Numbered from the whole stretch's first letter, positions 1-12,406 are shown. The stretch: 63,304 bases of DNA, filler included, from Aduncisulcus paluster (GCA_024181965.1; 5 parts of 5 records of this genome joined end to end with filler, not necessarily neighbours in it), one strand, 5' to 3'. Notes: generated by a model from the sequence alone, not told the origin. A program made the numbers and translations.

Positions 1-53
1 TGATTCTAATGGAATCAAGTCCGGTGCGTGAGTTCGAGTCCCGAAGCAGACCA
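1..53 (+). pseudogene. tRNA-like sequence, 3' part, cut by window edge (degenerate tRNA or SINE head)
   Basis: Stem TGATT/AATCA around a 7-nt loop CTAATGG, B-box-like GAGTTCGAGTCCC, ends ACCA then ATTTTGG. The T-stem does not pair properly. Confidence 0.5.
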
Positions 54-629
54 ATTTTGGTTGAATCAGAGGGATGTTGGACAGATTTTTAGGCGTTTTG
101 ATTTTCTCAGATGTTAATATTTTTGGAACAAACAAATTTACCAGCGGAAGAAGACTATCATGATCAGCTCCAAGCCCAAGAGTGACTTGGCAATGTTCTA
201 AATTTCTGTAATCAACTTTGAAATTTTTGTTTATTAATTTGTTTTTACTATCATATTTGATATATATTTGTTTTATTACCCAATTGTGTCTTCGTGACAA
301 CACGAATTGTGATGACCCAGACAAACGGTATTGGTTCAGAATAAAATATAAAATTTTATATATTTTATTCAGAATTCTATTATTTTAATTTTAATTTAAT
401 TTTATTCTAATTTATTTCCCGTTGTTTCTCGAGATCTATTTTTGGACCATCGTTGTTCGTTCTCTTTAAGGAAATTTGTCCATCTAGCACAAACTCCAGT
501 GAAATTATAAGTGGAAAATAGAAGGATAGTTCTTCTACGAGTGAAACAAAACGTGTTAAAGCTTCGTGAAAACATCAGATTATCACCAAGTGCCAATGGA
601 TCCAGATTGTATCAAGTTTACTGCTTTTG

Positions 630-1530
630 TTGTACCATGGGGCCAACACAACACGAGTATAACAGAATGCCATTTGGTCTAAATAATGCGCCACCGTACT
701 TCCAAGCCACCATGATGAGAGTACTCACAGGACTCATTGGAGTTGTGTGTTCGATTTATATTGATGACATAATCATCTTCGCCAAGACGTTACCTGAGCT
801 AGCCATGTCATTACTTGCAGTGCTAACAAGATTGAGAGAATACAATTTCAAAGTGAACCTTGAGAAGTCTGTCATCGGCGCCAAAGAAGTGGAATTCCTC
901 TGCACCATTGTCTCAGGTATAAGAAGATCTCCAAAGAAGTTCGAAGCTCTAAAGCACTTCAAGAGGATCGAGGGAAGTATGAACTATCTAAAGAGATACA
1001 TTCCTTATTATGCTGAGGTGGCCAAACCAATAACCAAGATGTTGGAAACGCCCAAGCGATCATTCCACTGGGGTCCAAAACAAGAAGAAGCTGCCAACAG
1101 AATCACTGCTGCTCTTGAGGCCAACACATGTCTTGAGCATGCTTGTCCAAATCGTGAGCTCCATTTGTTCACTGATGCCAGTATTGTTGGTATCGGTGGT
1201 GTGCCAATGTAATATCATCCAAATGACACTGATCTGAAAGAGCCGGTTGTTGTTTCTTTCTTAAGCAAGACGCTAACGTCGGTAGAATCGCGCTATACGA
1301 TCACTGAATTTGAGGCTTATCCTATCTTTTATTGCATCAAATAGTGTGAGTTCTATCTAAGAGGAAGAAAGTTCTATATTCATACGGACCATAACAATCT
1401 TAAGTATATCAACACCACCACCTCGAAAAAAGTGGAGAGGTGGAGAACTTGGTTGTCTGATTTCGAATATGCGATATCATATCCATCAAAGGAAGAGAGC
1501 GCCATTACTGATGCTCTTTCTAGTGGGCCA
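630..1530 (+). pseudogene. Ty3/Gypsy reverse transcriptase-RNase H fragment
   Basis: RMPFGLNNAP, YIDD, LFTDASIVGIGG; continues past stops as HTDHNNLKYI...VERWRTWL. In-frame stops present. Confidence 0.9.
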
Positions 1531-1609
1531 TTTGTAAGATGATCGCATCTTACACCATTCCGTCATCAAAGTCGAAGAAAGCACCAATGATGAAGAAACC
1601 AGAGCTCTC

Positions 1610-1999
1610 ATGGCCAACACGAGAAGCAGGCCAATTACCAGATCGGAGCCAACCAAGGGATATTTACCACCAGCCAGATACATGCATAAACCTAAAGCAC
1701 CAAAGGAAAAGGTCATGTATATAACCAGAAGACCAATTCCCATAGAGCGTATCAGAGACAATCTTCCCGACATGAGAGAACGTGATATGTGGAAAGAGGT
1801 GTTGAAGGAGAGCCAAGAGAAATTCTTCACTCCTGAAGGTCTGCGCCAACGAGATCCAAACTCAGGTCCTATCTTGACAGATGGTAGAGCCGTCGTGCCA
1901 GAGGAAGACACTGAGCTGATCCAAAAGATTCTGACCAAGGCCAAAGTGCTAATGAAAGACACCAGTGTGGACCAAAAGATGTCTACGTGCCAACAGTAA
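1610..1999 (+). pseudogene. Gypsy RNase H-integrase linker remnant
   Basis: GRAVVPEEDTELIQKIL resembles GKAIIPRESKELIQKIM, which precedes the integrase zinc finger at 16003-16866. Confidence 0.6.
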
Positions 2000-2574
2000 G
2001 AGCCACCCCTCTTCAAAACGAAGCTCCAACCAATAGACGAAGAAGTCAACGACTTCGACCTCAGGACCAATCCTCACAATCAGTGCCAAATCCAGCTCGA
2101 ACCAGTCAAAGCTCCAGCCGTCTGTCCGGCCAAAACGGCAGTCAGCTAACCTCTGCCAGCTCCACATTGGCTCTAACAGATGAACCAATTATACCGGAAC
2201 GCTCTACAGTTTCTTGAGTGAGTGCTAATCAAGCCAATCGTGATCACTCTGAGCCATCGACCCAAGCTACGGAATCTAGGCCAAGCACCAGGCTATCTTG
2301 GCGATGAGCTAAAGATACATATATTTATTTATTCTATAGACATCATTGAGCCAGTGCACTAGTGGTTTGTAGGTTTTCTTATTCTATTCTTTCCTATGGG
2401 TTTTCCACTAGAGCCATCTTATTATCGATAACCAGGCACCACAAGTAATTAGCAGCAAGTAACGAATTGAAATAAAACTATATTCACATCAATAAGTTCC
2501 TTATAGCTACGTTAAAAATACTTTGTAGTTTAGTTGGGCAATAATTCACGGTCGGATGTACACATAAATCAGAA

Positions 2575-2790
2575 CCTCTTCAACCTATTCTTAGTCATAT
2601 ATTCCTTCAAACACCTCAATTCCTTTAATGGCTTTGCAGGCTGCCACGTGGATCTTCCTGGGGAAAGACCATACCATTGAACCAAGACTTCAAGCTTCCG
2701 CTCCCGACGACAATGTTTCAATATAGCTTCCACCAGGCGGAATCCGAAATCTCTAATAGCCAGGTTCAGGACTCCCTTTTCATCAGCCTC
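2575..2790 (-). pseudogene. Gypsy integrase C-terminal chromodomain (frameshifted)
   Basis: Manual translation of the minus strand: LAIRDFGFRLVEAILKH...LEVLV / WYGLSPGRSTWQPAKPLKELRCLKEY, joined by a 1-nt frameshift. Confidence 0.7.
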
Positions 2791-2956
2791 CTTCTGTCAA
2801 TGGCAAAGTCCACGCAAGTTTTCGACCGACTTGCTCCATTCACTTGCCCACTCTTCCTGTCTTAATTCGAGAGGAAAATTATCATCATTGTCATCTTCTT
2901 CAGTTGGAAACATTATAGGTGGTAGAGTTCCCCCAGTTCCCTCATCAAAAAGGCTT

Positions 2957-3560
2957 TTAACATTTGCTAAATCGCGTCGGTTTCGAATGTGCAATAGCAA
3001 AATAGGAGTCACCCGGATAAAATGTTTGTAATCTGCTCCTCTTCTGGCCCGATTTGAGAACCTCAAATCTCCCTCTAAGTTGGCCAAAAGGAGATCGAAT
3101 TGTTTCAGCGTTGCCTTGGAACACAATTTTTCGATTGTCCTCACAAGGAAATCTCCAATGCCAAGATAGAAACAATGAATCCTTCATCCCCTGAGGGGAT
3201 CTCGGGGCAATGATACCGAGGACGTTTGAAACTGTTCCCCTATGAAACAATCCAAGACGAGAGTGTCTTGGATGTCCAGTAACACCAAACAGCAACGACA
3301 AATTTCCATTGTTACACCAAATACACTTGTTTTTGGGCAACTTTGTGATCTTTGCTCTCTCGGGGTGATCGGTTGCGACCATCTGAAGGTCTCCCATAAT
3401 CAACAGTTCACCCTCATTAGTGTGGAGTTTGATCCCTTTTCGAAGCTCTCGGATCTCTCGATCACCTCGATCATGACTCCCGATGCTCTATCCTCTTCTG
3501 GGAGGGTACACATCTCCTCCCAACAAATATTTCTTGACCGTAAATGGAGAGGGAGGTTGC
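2957..3560 (-). pseudogene. Plavaka/CACTA-like (CMC) transposase fragment
   Basis: MGNLPLHLRSRNICWEE, GDLQMVATDHPERAKI, CIWC and RGADYKHFIRVTPILL across three frames. The first three motifs parallel the transposase at 24041-26632. Confidence 0.65.
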
Positions 3561-3772
3561 CCATGTCATCTACATGGGCCTTTCTGTCATCTCCTGATGA
3601 TGCAATATTCATTGCCCTGTACTCCTTATCACTGACCTTGCTTAATACTGACAACAATGACGATGGCTTCGGTTTCTTTGCTTTCAGTTTCTTACAAATC
3701 ATTCATTTATCCACGTACTTTCTCGTATCCGAATATAAACCTACCCAAGATACCCCGCTCTGGAGAATCTTA

Positions 3773-4420
3773 TCAATCGTCGCTGTAACTCTCGTGTCCA
3801 ACTCTTGCGTTATGACGTTCTTCAAAGATCCATTTCTTCAATTCGTCACCTTTCGACGGAATTAACATCTTGTCACCCTTCAATGTTAAATAAACTCCGT
3901 TCTCTTCATAGCAGTCTTTCTCTTCTTCTACACCCAATGCTTTCTGCGCTTCCTTGACCCTCTCGATCAAATTTTCCATGTTAATCGTCACACGCCTGAC
4001 AAATCCAACACGACTCAAACCGTCAGCAACTACATTTTCTTTTCCTTCCACATGTCTCAAGGTGAATGAGAACTGAGACATCAGGGCGTTCCACCGACGT
4101 ACTTTTTGGTTCTTTGTCTTCGACATGAAGAGGAGATTTCGATGATCGGTCTCGACTACAAACGGTACACCTGTCAGCAAGTTTTCCCACTTTTCCAAAC
4201 AGAACTTAATCGCAAAGCACTCTTGCTCGTTCGTTTGCCACCGAGTTTCTGCTCCCCGAAACGACTTACTAATGAACATTATCGTACCATCCTTTCCTTT
4301 TTGCAGCAAGATTCCACCCAAACCCACATCCGACGCATCTGTGCGAAGAATAATTTCTTTTTCATAGTCGATTTGGTGTAATGGAGGTCTATCAAGAAGT
4401 TCCCGCTTTATAGAGTCAAA
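3773..4420 (-). pseudogene. Gypsy RNase H fragment into integrase linker
   Basis: TDASDVGLGGILLQ, EQECFAI, ETDHRNL, VADGLSR, ending ERHNARVGH. Confidence 0.9.
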
Positions 4421-4631
4421 GCACTACCGGCGAGTGTTGGTGACCATCTTGTTTTCGTGAATCTCTGACATTATTATTTATTATTTTGTTTTATTTATAT
4501 TATTATTATAATATTATGATTTATATTCTTAATTAATTATATTTATGATGTTGGTTTAGATAATTCCAACTTAGTCAATTTCTATTTTTAGATAATTAGA
4601 TTTTTTTTTTTTTAATAGTGTTTCCTCGACC

Positions 4632-6200
4632 ATGACTCGTGATAAATCAGAAATGATGTCTCCAACGATTAAACCTGGTGCTGGAGGTGATAAAACCGTT
4701 GAAGATTATGTGAGTGTTATTGAAAAAGAAGGTTTATTGGTACAAAAGGATAGTACGCTCGATCGTGATGATTTATCGCTTACTAGAGCATCTGCTCGTG
4801 AAAATAATGTATCTACATCCCGTTTAACTGTATTAATTGATGATAAAAGTCGTCGTCCTCATGGAGACTTCGTTGTGAAGTTGAAAAGTGTGAATTCGAC
4901 TGAAATCGTGAATTTCGTGCATAAGTGCCTTGAAATCGTTGACACTGATCGTTCTGTGAAGTTACCGTGTTTGGGAAAGTTAATACAACATGAAGTATTA
5001 ATGGTTCTTGATATGAGTGCTGAAACACCGTTTGATGCCTCATGTGACGATCATATGTATGTGGAACAGGCTCTCCGTGATATTTTAAAGATGTTTGTAG
5101 CTGATAATGCTTTTGAAAATTTATTATCAGAAGCCAGTGACATCGTGTGTGAATGTGATACTTTCAAAGACGATTTTGATGCTGTGACACCTGACAAGAT
5201 GCGTAACTATATTTTTGAGTGGTTGCAGCTGCTCAGAAGAAGACCAATGACTGGATGGGATCATAGATATGTCCATGGAGTGGTGGATTTATTCGTGAGT
5301 GGGTTGAAGCCCAGATTCTTTAGTGAAAAAGTGTCCCGTGATCTTGACGACCTTCGTCACTATGGAAAGAAGGAACGAAGTGTAGAAGACCCGAAAGCAG
5401 TTATCTTAGAAGAGGATTCTGTGATTGGTGTTGGTCGTTATGCTTTAAGCCTGGTGAGACGTGCGAAATTCCATAAAACGCTTGGAAAAACAATCGTGGG
5501 TGTACGTAAGGCTTCAGTGGATGTACATAAACGTCGTTCTAGTGAAAGCGTGAGTGGAAGTGATGAATTAGACCTGGACTTTTCTGCAAGTCGTGGTCGT
5601 GGTGGTCGTCATGTCTCTCGACATGATTTTAGAGCCCCTATGTGTGTTTACTGTGGAAAATGTGAACATTTTGTGTGGTCGTGTACGGAATATACGTCTC
5701 CTAACCTGACAAGGAAGCTTGTGAGTGAAGAACGCTGGAGGGTTTATTCTGAGACACTGGAAGACCGTGGAATGCGTGAAGAACGTGAAGAACTCGTCAG
5801 ATTCCATCGTGATATCCGTCGTGAAGAGGAGTTCGCTCGGAAAAGTGGTCATCGACGTGATGATTACCTTGTAAAACCTGAATCTCGGATGAGTACCATT
5901 CGTGCTCCAATGAGAAGTGAAAACCGTGATCATGCGTTTCGTGGACACCAGAGAGGCCGCCGTGAGACCTCTCGGCCCCGTGAAAGTGCTCCAATTCGTG
6001 AGAGCGCCCCTATCCGTGATACCGTGTCTACTCAGGATAGACCTGCCAACTGGCAGCCTATTAAGCAGGTCCAATGCTATAGATGTGGAGGTTATGGCCA
6101 TTTTGCCAAGCACTGTGATGGTGTGCCGCTGCCTGCTGCTGAACAGTCGAAGCTGAAGCGTGAAATCTGGGAAAGGAGTAAAGCTCTCCGTCTGTTGTGA
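4632..6200 (+). CDS. Retrotransposon Gag-like protein with two CCHC zinc knuckles
   Basis: 522-aa open ORF with CVYCGKCEHFVWSC and CYRCGGYGHFAKHC; no pol follows. Confidence 0.8.
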   Translation: MTRDKSEMMSPTIKPGAGGDKTVEDYVSVIEKEGLLVQKDSTLDRDDLSLTRASARENNVSTSRLTVLIDDKSRRPHGDFVVKLKSVNSTEIVNFVHKCLEIVDTDRSVKLPCLGKLIQHEVLMVLDMSAETPFDASCDDHMYVEQALRDILKMFVADNAFENLLSEASDIVCECDTFKDDFDAVTPDKMRNYIFEWLQLLRRRPMTGWDHRYVHGVVDLFVSGLKPRFFSEKVSRDLDDLRHYGKKERSVEDPKAVILEEDSVIGVGRYALSLVRRAKFHKTLGKTIVGVRKASVDVHKRRSSESVSGSDELDLDFSASRGRGGRHVSRHDFRAPMCVYCGKCEHFVWSCTEYTSPNLTRKLVSEERWRVYSETLEDRGMREEREELVRFHRDIRREEEFARKSGHRRDDYLVKPESRMSTIRAPMRSENRDHAFRGHQRGRRETSRPRESAPIRESAPIRDTVSTQDRPANWQPIKQVQCYRCGGYGHFAKHCDGVPLPAAEQSKLKREIWERSKALRLL

Positions 6201-6833
6201 TACATTTATTAAAAATAAAGGTTAAGATCGTATTATCCCCGGCAAGCTTTCTCATTTTTCCCCAAATTATTTCTGAATAATAAATGAAAGCTATATTAAT
6301 GAATTCAATTAGAATAAATGAATATTATAGAGCAGATTCTGAAAAAATTTTCCACCTTCCATTTTATAAAAAATAGAATTTATCAGTGTGTCTCAATTCT
6401 CGAAAATGAGATCAAAATATAATAAATAAGTTTTATTTATAGTTTTATGAATATTTTTGAAAACAATTTGGAATAAATGAGTACAATGAACGAGATACTC
6501 TCCTGCCTGAACGGATAAAAATATCAAAAAAAATAAAAAATATGTATATTGGTTCTTTTTCTTTTATTAATATTTGGCCAGGCTGGTTTATTTTCATTGT
6601 GACTAAAATAATAGAATAAAAACTCTACGTGAAATTTGTTAGTTTCTCAACGTTCTTCGAACTCAGCAAATATATATGTCCATACTATACCGTGGTGTCG
6701 GAGTACAGGATAAATAGCGGCAGAGAGCAGGATACAGTGCTCGGTATGTATTTCAAGTTACCACAGCAGTTCCCTCGTGAAATATCTTGTAGTTTCAGTT
6801 AAATCCGATTGTTGAAACAGGCAAACTCAGCAT

Positions 6834-7772
6834 TTACCATATAGCTCCTAGAGGAACTTTGTGTTTCTCAGCAAACCCAAGATACGACAAATATGAGGAC
6901 GCTAACCCCACACCAATGGCCCTTCCTGCTCTCGCAAGGAAGTGGGAGTATCTGTCAGTGTTGAAAGCAACGGCACCATAATTGTCCCGTAGCTCCACAT
7001 CCTTGACAGTCTCCTGTGTCCGCATGGTGTTCAACAAGCTACGTGCCCAACGACCAAAAGAGCCAATAGTTGAAACGGCAAAAGGCTTAAGCCCGGTAAT
7101 TTCAGAGCCAATTACAACTTTGACCTCAAGGTGAAAAGCAGAAAGCATTTGTTGAACGCCACGACGGAGACTGACCTGTTGGCAGTCACAGCAACCTTCT
7201 TCCTATCCTTGTACTTTGTGAACTTGTCGTTCTCAAGACTCGATAAGAATTTCCCCGGAGATTTTGTTTTTGTTTTGTTCAGATTCCTAGAAGGATCAGA
7301 GCATACCACATCAATGAGTGTGCGGTCTGGCCCTTCATGTGTCGGATTGAACAAGATAGCATCAGGACGAGTTCCAGCAGATTTCCGGTTACTATCTACC
7401 TCAACCAATAACTGAGTGTTGGGGCCTTTCAAAAAGTCCACCAACGCATCGAGAATAGAGTTATGGCGAGTTGTTCTGCCGCTAGAAGCTTTAGAACAAT
7501 GTAAATAGTGATCCGGAGACATCTCCCCATTACATAGGGGACATTTAGACCCCTTACAGATGTTAGTGACCAAACCCAAAAACTTCCGTAAGAGGAGCAT
7601 AAATGACAAAGATTTCAGACGATAAAAGGGGAGTGGTGCTTCTCAAGAAGATTAGCAACCATGTTATCCTTCGAGCCCGCATGTTCAAGTGCAGTCAACT
7701 TCAGGATCTTCTCCGGTCCATCCTCCATCTCTTTGTATGACTTCTCCAGGTCCTTCTTCCGCTGCGAATTTT

Positions 7773-7776
<4 letters not shown>
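6834..7776 (-). mobile_element. Non-LTR retrotransposon 3' part, restriction-like endonuclease (CRE-like), frameshifted
   Basis: CPLC-x7-HYLHC finger, RHNS, RPDA, LIDV, ENDKFTKY, PFAVSTIGSFG. Confidence 0.8.
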
Positions 7777-7814
<38 letters not shown>

Positions 7815-8062
7815 TTTATTAATATTTTACAATNNNNNNNNNNNNNNNNNNNNTAGTGACCAAACCCAAAAACTTCCGTAAGAGGAGCATAAATGACAAA
7901 GATTTCAGACGATAAAAGGGGAGTGGTGCTTCTCAAGAAGATTAGCAACCATGTTATCCTTCGAGCCCGCATGTTCAAGTGCAGTCAACTTCAGGATCTT
8001 CTCCGGTCCATCCTCCATCTCTTTGTATGACTTCTCCAGGTCCTTCTTCCGCTGCGAATTTT

Positions 8063-8100
<38 letters not shown>

Positions 8101-8119
8101 TTTATTAATATTTTACAAT
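7564..8119. repeat. ~270-bp duplication across a 20-N gap (probable assembly overlap or haplotype)
   Basis: 7564-7833 is repeated at 7854-8119; only the CA-tract length differs visibly. Confidence 0.9.
7777..7812. repeat. (CA)18 microsatellite; second copy (CA)16 at 8067-8098
   Basis: Direct count. Confidence 0.9.
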
Positions 8120-8533
8120 GAATTTCCAAATAAATCATCGAAATCCATCGGCTATTTAAAGATTGAACATGTTTTTTAGTTTTGTTTGCATGATAATATT
8201 TTCAATTGTTGTTTTATTGTTTTTCTAACTTTTTTTTAATTTTATTCCAATTTTTTCAAGATTTAATAATTTTGTATGTTATTTCAGCTATTTTTCTTTT
8301 TTCCGTGTTTATTCATGTTAATCACTCAAATATTTGGTATTACTAATACCATATATAGTATAGTATATATTATTGACATCAAAAGAAAGATCCACTTCAA
8401 GATGCATCCGTCTCATAGAAGTCGATTTCGTTGTGTAACTGTACAACTTGTACACTCTTGAAGAGTCGGGTCTATACATGTACTGATTGTTTAACAAATT
8501 AATGAGAAACTGATACGTATTAATGATATTATT

Positions 8534-10383
8534 TTATTCTTTTTTATAACATTCATACCCTGAATTAAATGACTTTTGGGATTCAAGCATAAGAGTGATG
8601 GTCTTGTGGTGTCTTCGTCGTTCGCTATTTATATAAGTCATTTTGGAGAAAAATCTCTCAATCATTGCTCCGGAATACGGAATCGAAAGAAGAAAATTCC
8701 TTATAGGAACTAATAAAGGAAAATGATCCTCTATCATGTTAGGACGCCCTAAGAACTCCTTTTTATCATTGTTTTTAAATAAATCAATATATTTTGCAAA
8801 CGATATTTCTGTATCTCTGATTACTACCCTATTTCCCGATAGAACTCGGCGAAAACAAGTTTTGACATAGGAGTCACATATTTTGTGGGAATAATCCCAC
8901 TCTTCTGGAATGAATAAAGGCATCAAGACATACACTCTGAGATTTTCTTTTATATAGTGTAATGTATCTGTGTAAGATCTTGTCGATATGGAGCTTCCAC
9001 CATACTTGCCTTCTATATCATCTACAAATTTTTTGAGTAAATAATAAATGTCATAATTGGGAAAATCTCCCTGAATTAGTTTCAATATATTCTGAGCTTG
9101 TGGTATAAACCCAGTTGATAGAGAGTTGACAGTAGATTTTATCTCTTTGTCAGAAAGAATCCGGCTTATGTTTACCTTTTCGGGATTATCAGCACAATAT
9201 TTTAAACACTCGCACATAATATTCCATTTAACACTTAAATGGGAAATAAAATTTAATGCGCTGCTCCACCGAATTGGATTGAAGACAGGAAAATTTATAT
9301 CGAAGATCTTCTGAGCAGTATACCTTGCCGATTTCTGGACTCCGAAATATTTTGAAACATTATTGCATATCTTTTGGAAGGTTGGTAATTTAAATTTAAT
9401 AAATTCCTTAATCAATATGTTTATAATGTGTGCGGAACAGAATGTTATGACTTTTCCATATCCATGGCTTTTCAAGCTTGTAGCCAGACTCATCATTGCT
9501 CTTTCTCTGTCAGTTATAATGGCACTAATGTGTTCTGGTCGAATATCACTTTTTCCAGCTTTTCAACGATCAATCGGTATATTTCTTCATTGCCTGGAGA
9601 AATTTCATCTAGCTGGACATTCCTCTGTAAGACCAAGGATTCTGATCCTGAAGATTCATCCTCTTCATCACAGCCTATTTGTGTCTGGGCTAACAAATGA
9701 GACGTTCTTCTTTTTCCATGTTTTACAATTTTCCTTCTTTGAATATCCTCTGTCATTTTGCTTAAATCGCAGAAATCATAGGCAATATATCTTTTTTTTG
9801 TTTTTAATAAAATCATTAGAATGTGTTTCTTACCCACTCTGTACTTATCAAGGATAATTGAATATGGTGGAGCTGATCTTTCTGTAATTTGCTTTTTGAT
9901 ATCACTTAATAGATTTTCATTATGGTATCTATATGATGTACTTCGACTGAAGCGTAATAAACCTGGATATTTCTGTATCATAAGAAGTATTGGGGGTGTG
10001 AAAATCTTGGATATTATTCCCACAGAATATCCACACGATTCACAATTATTTATAATGGCTAAATGTATTTCTTTTAAGGCTTTTGCCATTTCTTGGCGAT
10101 TATAATATCTATCATTCCAATTTTCTTGATGTTTCTTAGTCATCATATGTTTGGCAATCACCCGGCTCCTATGAGTATATGAAGATCTACATAGGTGACA
10201 ATATATTCTTACACCTTCTTTAATTGAAGGAATAACATTAAAATCGTTGGAAAAGTGATTTAATAGGGTTTTTTCAAAGTTGATTGGGCCTGATATTTTC
10301 GGATCGTACATAACATCTCGAATTGTCTTACCTCCTATCTTTTCTTTTAAAACGTATTGAATAAATTCTTTTTCTAATCCCAT
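8534..10383 (-). mobile_element. hAT-like transposase, nearly intact (one frameshift near 9551-9555)
   Basis: CHLC...HMMTKKH finger, YSIILD, IITDRE, CSAHIINI, IRWSS, SIPYSGAMIERFFS. Adding one A to an A5 run joins the two ORFs. Confidence 0.85.
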
Positions 10384-10812
10384 TTCAAATATTATTATTC
10401 TAATTCGAAGCTAAATCAAGTTGACATGATTATCATGATTTCTTTTGAAAATTATGTTAAGTTGAGCAAGATATTTAGAAATTTATGTTATTATTTTTAA
10501 TGAGGAATATAAATTAAGTTTATTAATAAATGAATTTCAATTTGATTTTGGTGTCAAATTTTGTGGGACACTCTGGAATTTATAATAAAATTTAAAATAA
10601 ATTTATTTAATCCTCATATTCTGTGCTAATAAAAAAAATGTCTTATTATAATTTAGATATAACTTATATCAGCTACAAGTTGATTCAATTGTCATAGTTG
10701 TTTTTGTTGTGATACTATCGTCACCAGCTAGAAAAATGACAACCCCGGGTTGTCATTCCATGGGGCCCATTATTATTGTTGGAACCGGTATCTATTTTTT
10801 GTATTATTTTTT

Positions 10813-11091
10813 CTAAAGAAAACAGCAGTTCCCGAAGTTCAACACAATTATCAACCCTTCTTTCAAATTAGAAGTTTTCACGAATTGAAATATATTTGAT
10901 TCTGTAAAAAACCTTGAAATCCAATTTCGAATCGTTCTTTCAGTAACTAATAAAGCATTAGCACACATGCTGACCGACGAATTAAAAAATAGACAAGCAT
11001 AGGCTACTCTCTCTCTTACTTTAGGTGTAACATGCTGCCTTTGAATAATTGATGCTCTTGGTGGGCTTCCAGGAGAGGAAATATACTCCAT
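10813..11091 (-). pseudogene. Tc1/mariner-like HTH N-terminal fragment
   Basis: VRERV...CANALLVTERTIRNWISRF helix-turn-helix pattern. Confidence 0.5.
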
Positions 11092-11356
11092 TTCTGCAAA
11101 AGCAAGTCTTTTTTCTTTGTTAGGCTTTTAATGAGTATCATACATAGGTCTGCCCTATAGTATGACCTATGTATGACCATATGGTCCTGACTTACCGAAA
11201 AAAGAGACAAACACGGTATGACCTAGGTCAAGACCGAAAAATGTATTCGTTGTGAGATCGACTTTCACACTCCTTATTTGGTTTGGATTTCCTTCATCAG
11301 GAGGAAAAACGAGTTTCATCTTGGTATGTCTGTCTGCTGATTACCCATCTATCTGA

Positions 11357-11502
11357 AACCAAAAGCTCAGCACCTTTAATCGCCTACTTCGAGACCTTAA
11401 ACTCCCTGAAGTGTCTGTAGGTGAGGGTTCGACTGTCATTGGATATGATGGTCATGACATGACGAATTTAATTAACGTAGCTCCTCTTATCCTGTCTTAC
11501 AT
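11357..11502 (+). pseudogene. Short Plavaka-like transposase fragment
   Basis: KLSTFNRLLRDL...GYDGHDMTNLINVAPLILSYI aligns with LKQFDLLLANL...GADYKHFIRVTPILLLHI at ~3.0 kb. Confidence 0.5.
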
Positions 11503-11710
11503 TGATACAAATAATTATATTTATAACTATTAGTTGTAAATTGTATATTATATTGTTTCTATTGTTTATTTTATTTACTTTCATTATCACTGTAGTCTAT
11601 TTGTCTTTCTTTTGTCATGTCAAGATATGTGACTTTATATCTCACTAAAACTAATAAATTGGCCTCACCATAAAAGTTTATTGTTAATTGGCACAGTGAA
11701 TTCACTACCA

Positions 11711-12006
11711 ATGGTATTAACAATCGATTTACCAACAGTTGACGTTTTGTCAACCTATATTCGAAAGGATATCCTCAAACTGAAGGATCAATTTGTACAA
11801 TACAAATCTAAAGGTGGAAAACAAGCTATTACTACCTTTGTGAGACCCGATATTTTACGTATTTTGAAAATTAGATTAAAAGGAAAGGACACTGATACCG
11901 ATGAAAAATTCGTGAAGGAATTATCTTTGTCCGGAGCGTCCACTGCCCTTAAGCTATGGGACCAGCTTAAAGAAATTAAAATGAATCATACATTGAATGA
12001 AACTTC
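11711..12006 (+). repeat. Gag 5' end, duplicated at 12407-12700 across a 20-N gap
   Basis: 11716-12006 vs 12407-12700 differ by a few substitutions and a 3-nt indel. This copy has the ATG at 11711. Confidence 0.85.
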
Positions 12007-12026
12007 NNNNNNNNNNNNNNNNNNNN

Positions 12027-12315
12027 GAGATAGTTTATACAGCTTCAGCTTCTTTAATTCGTCGTAAAATCCTTGAGTGCTAGAAGCAGAAAACTTTTTT
12101 GTCACCTTTGCTTTAAAACTATCAGGCGTCTCATCCGGTGTACATCCAGTCGTCAAATAAAGACTCTGTAATACGAATGGATCAATTAAGGTTCTAAAGT
12201 CAGCATCGCCTCCTCTTGCGACATAAATCGCGTAATCTCGGTGAAACTTTAACCATGAGTTTCGATCGAACTTAGTAAGAAATGGAGGTTGTAGAAGAGC
12301 CATTGATCCTTCCAT
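12027..12315 (-). pseudogene. Gypsy Gag N-terminal fragment
   Basis: LLQPPFLTKF...YVARGG matches LLEPPYLKDF...YRAKGG at 19761-20253. Confidence 0.7.
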
Positions 12316-12406
12316 CGCGAAAGTATTAATACTGTAATGCGTATGCAATTTACTATAATAAATGAACATCAGATTTGTGGTCTAAAAATAGATCACATCA
12401 TATTTC

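Noticed and set aside
9545..9560. Programmed -1 frameshifting at GGAAAAA (also ~50775 in the kinase gene)
   Set aside because: Not a canonical X XXY YYZ site in both cases. Single-base losses in homopolymers also occur at ~33846, so sequencing error or decay is simpler.
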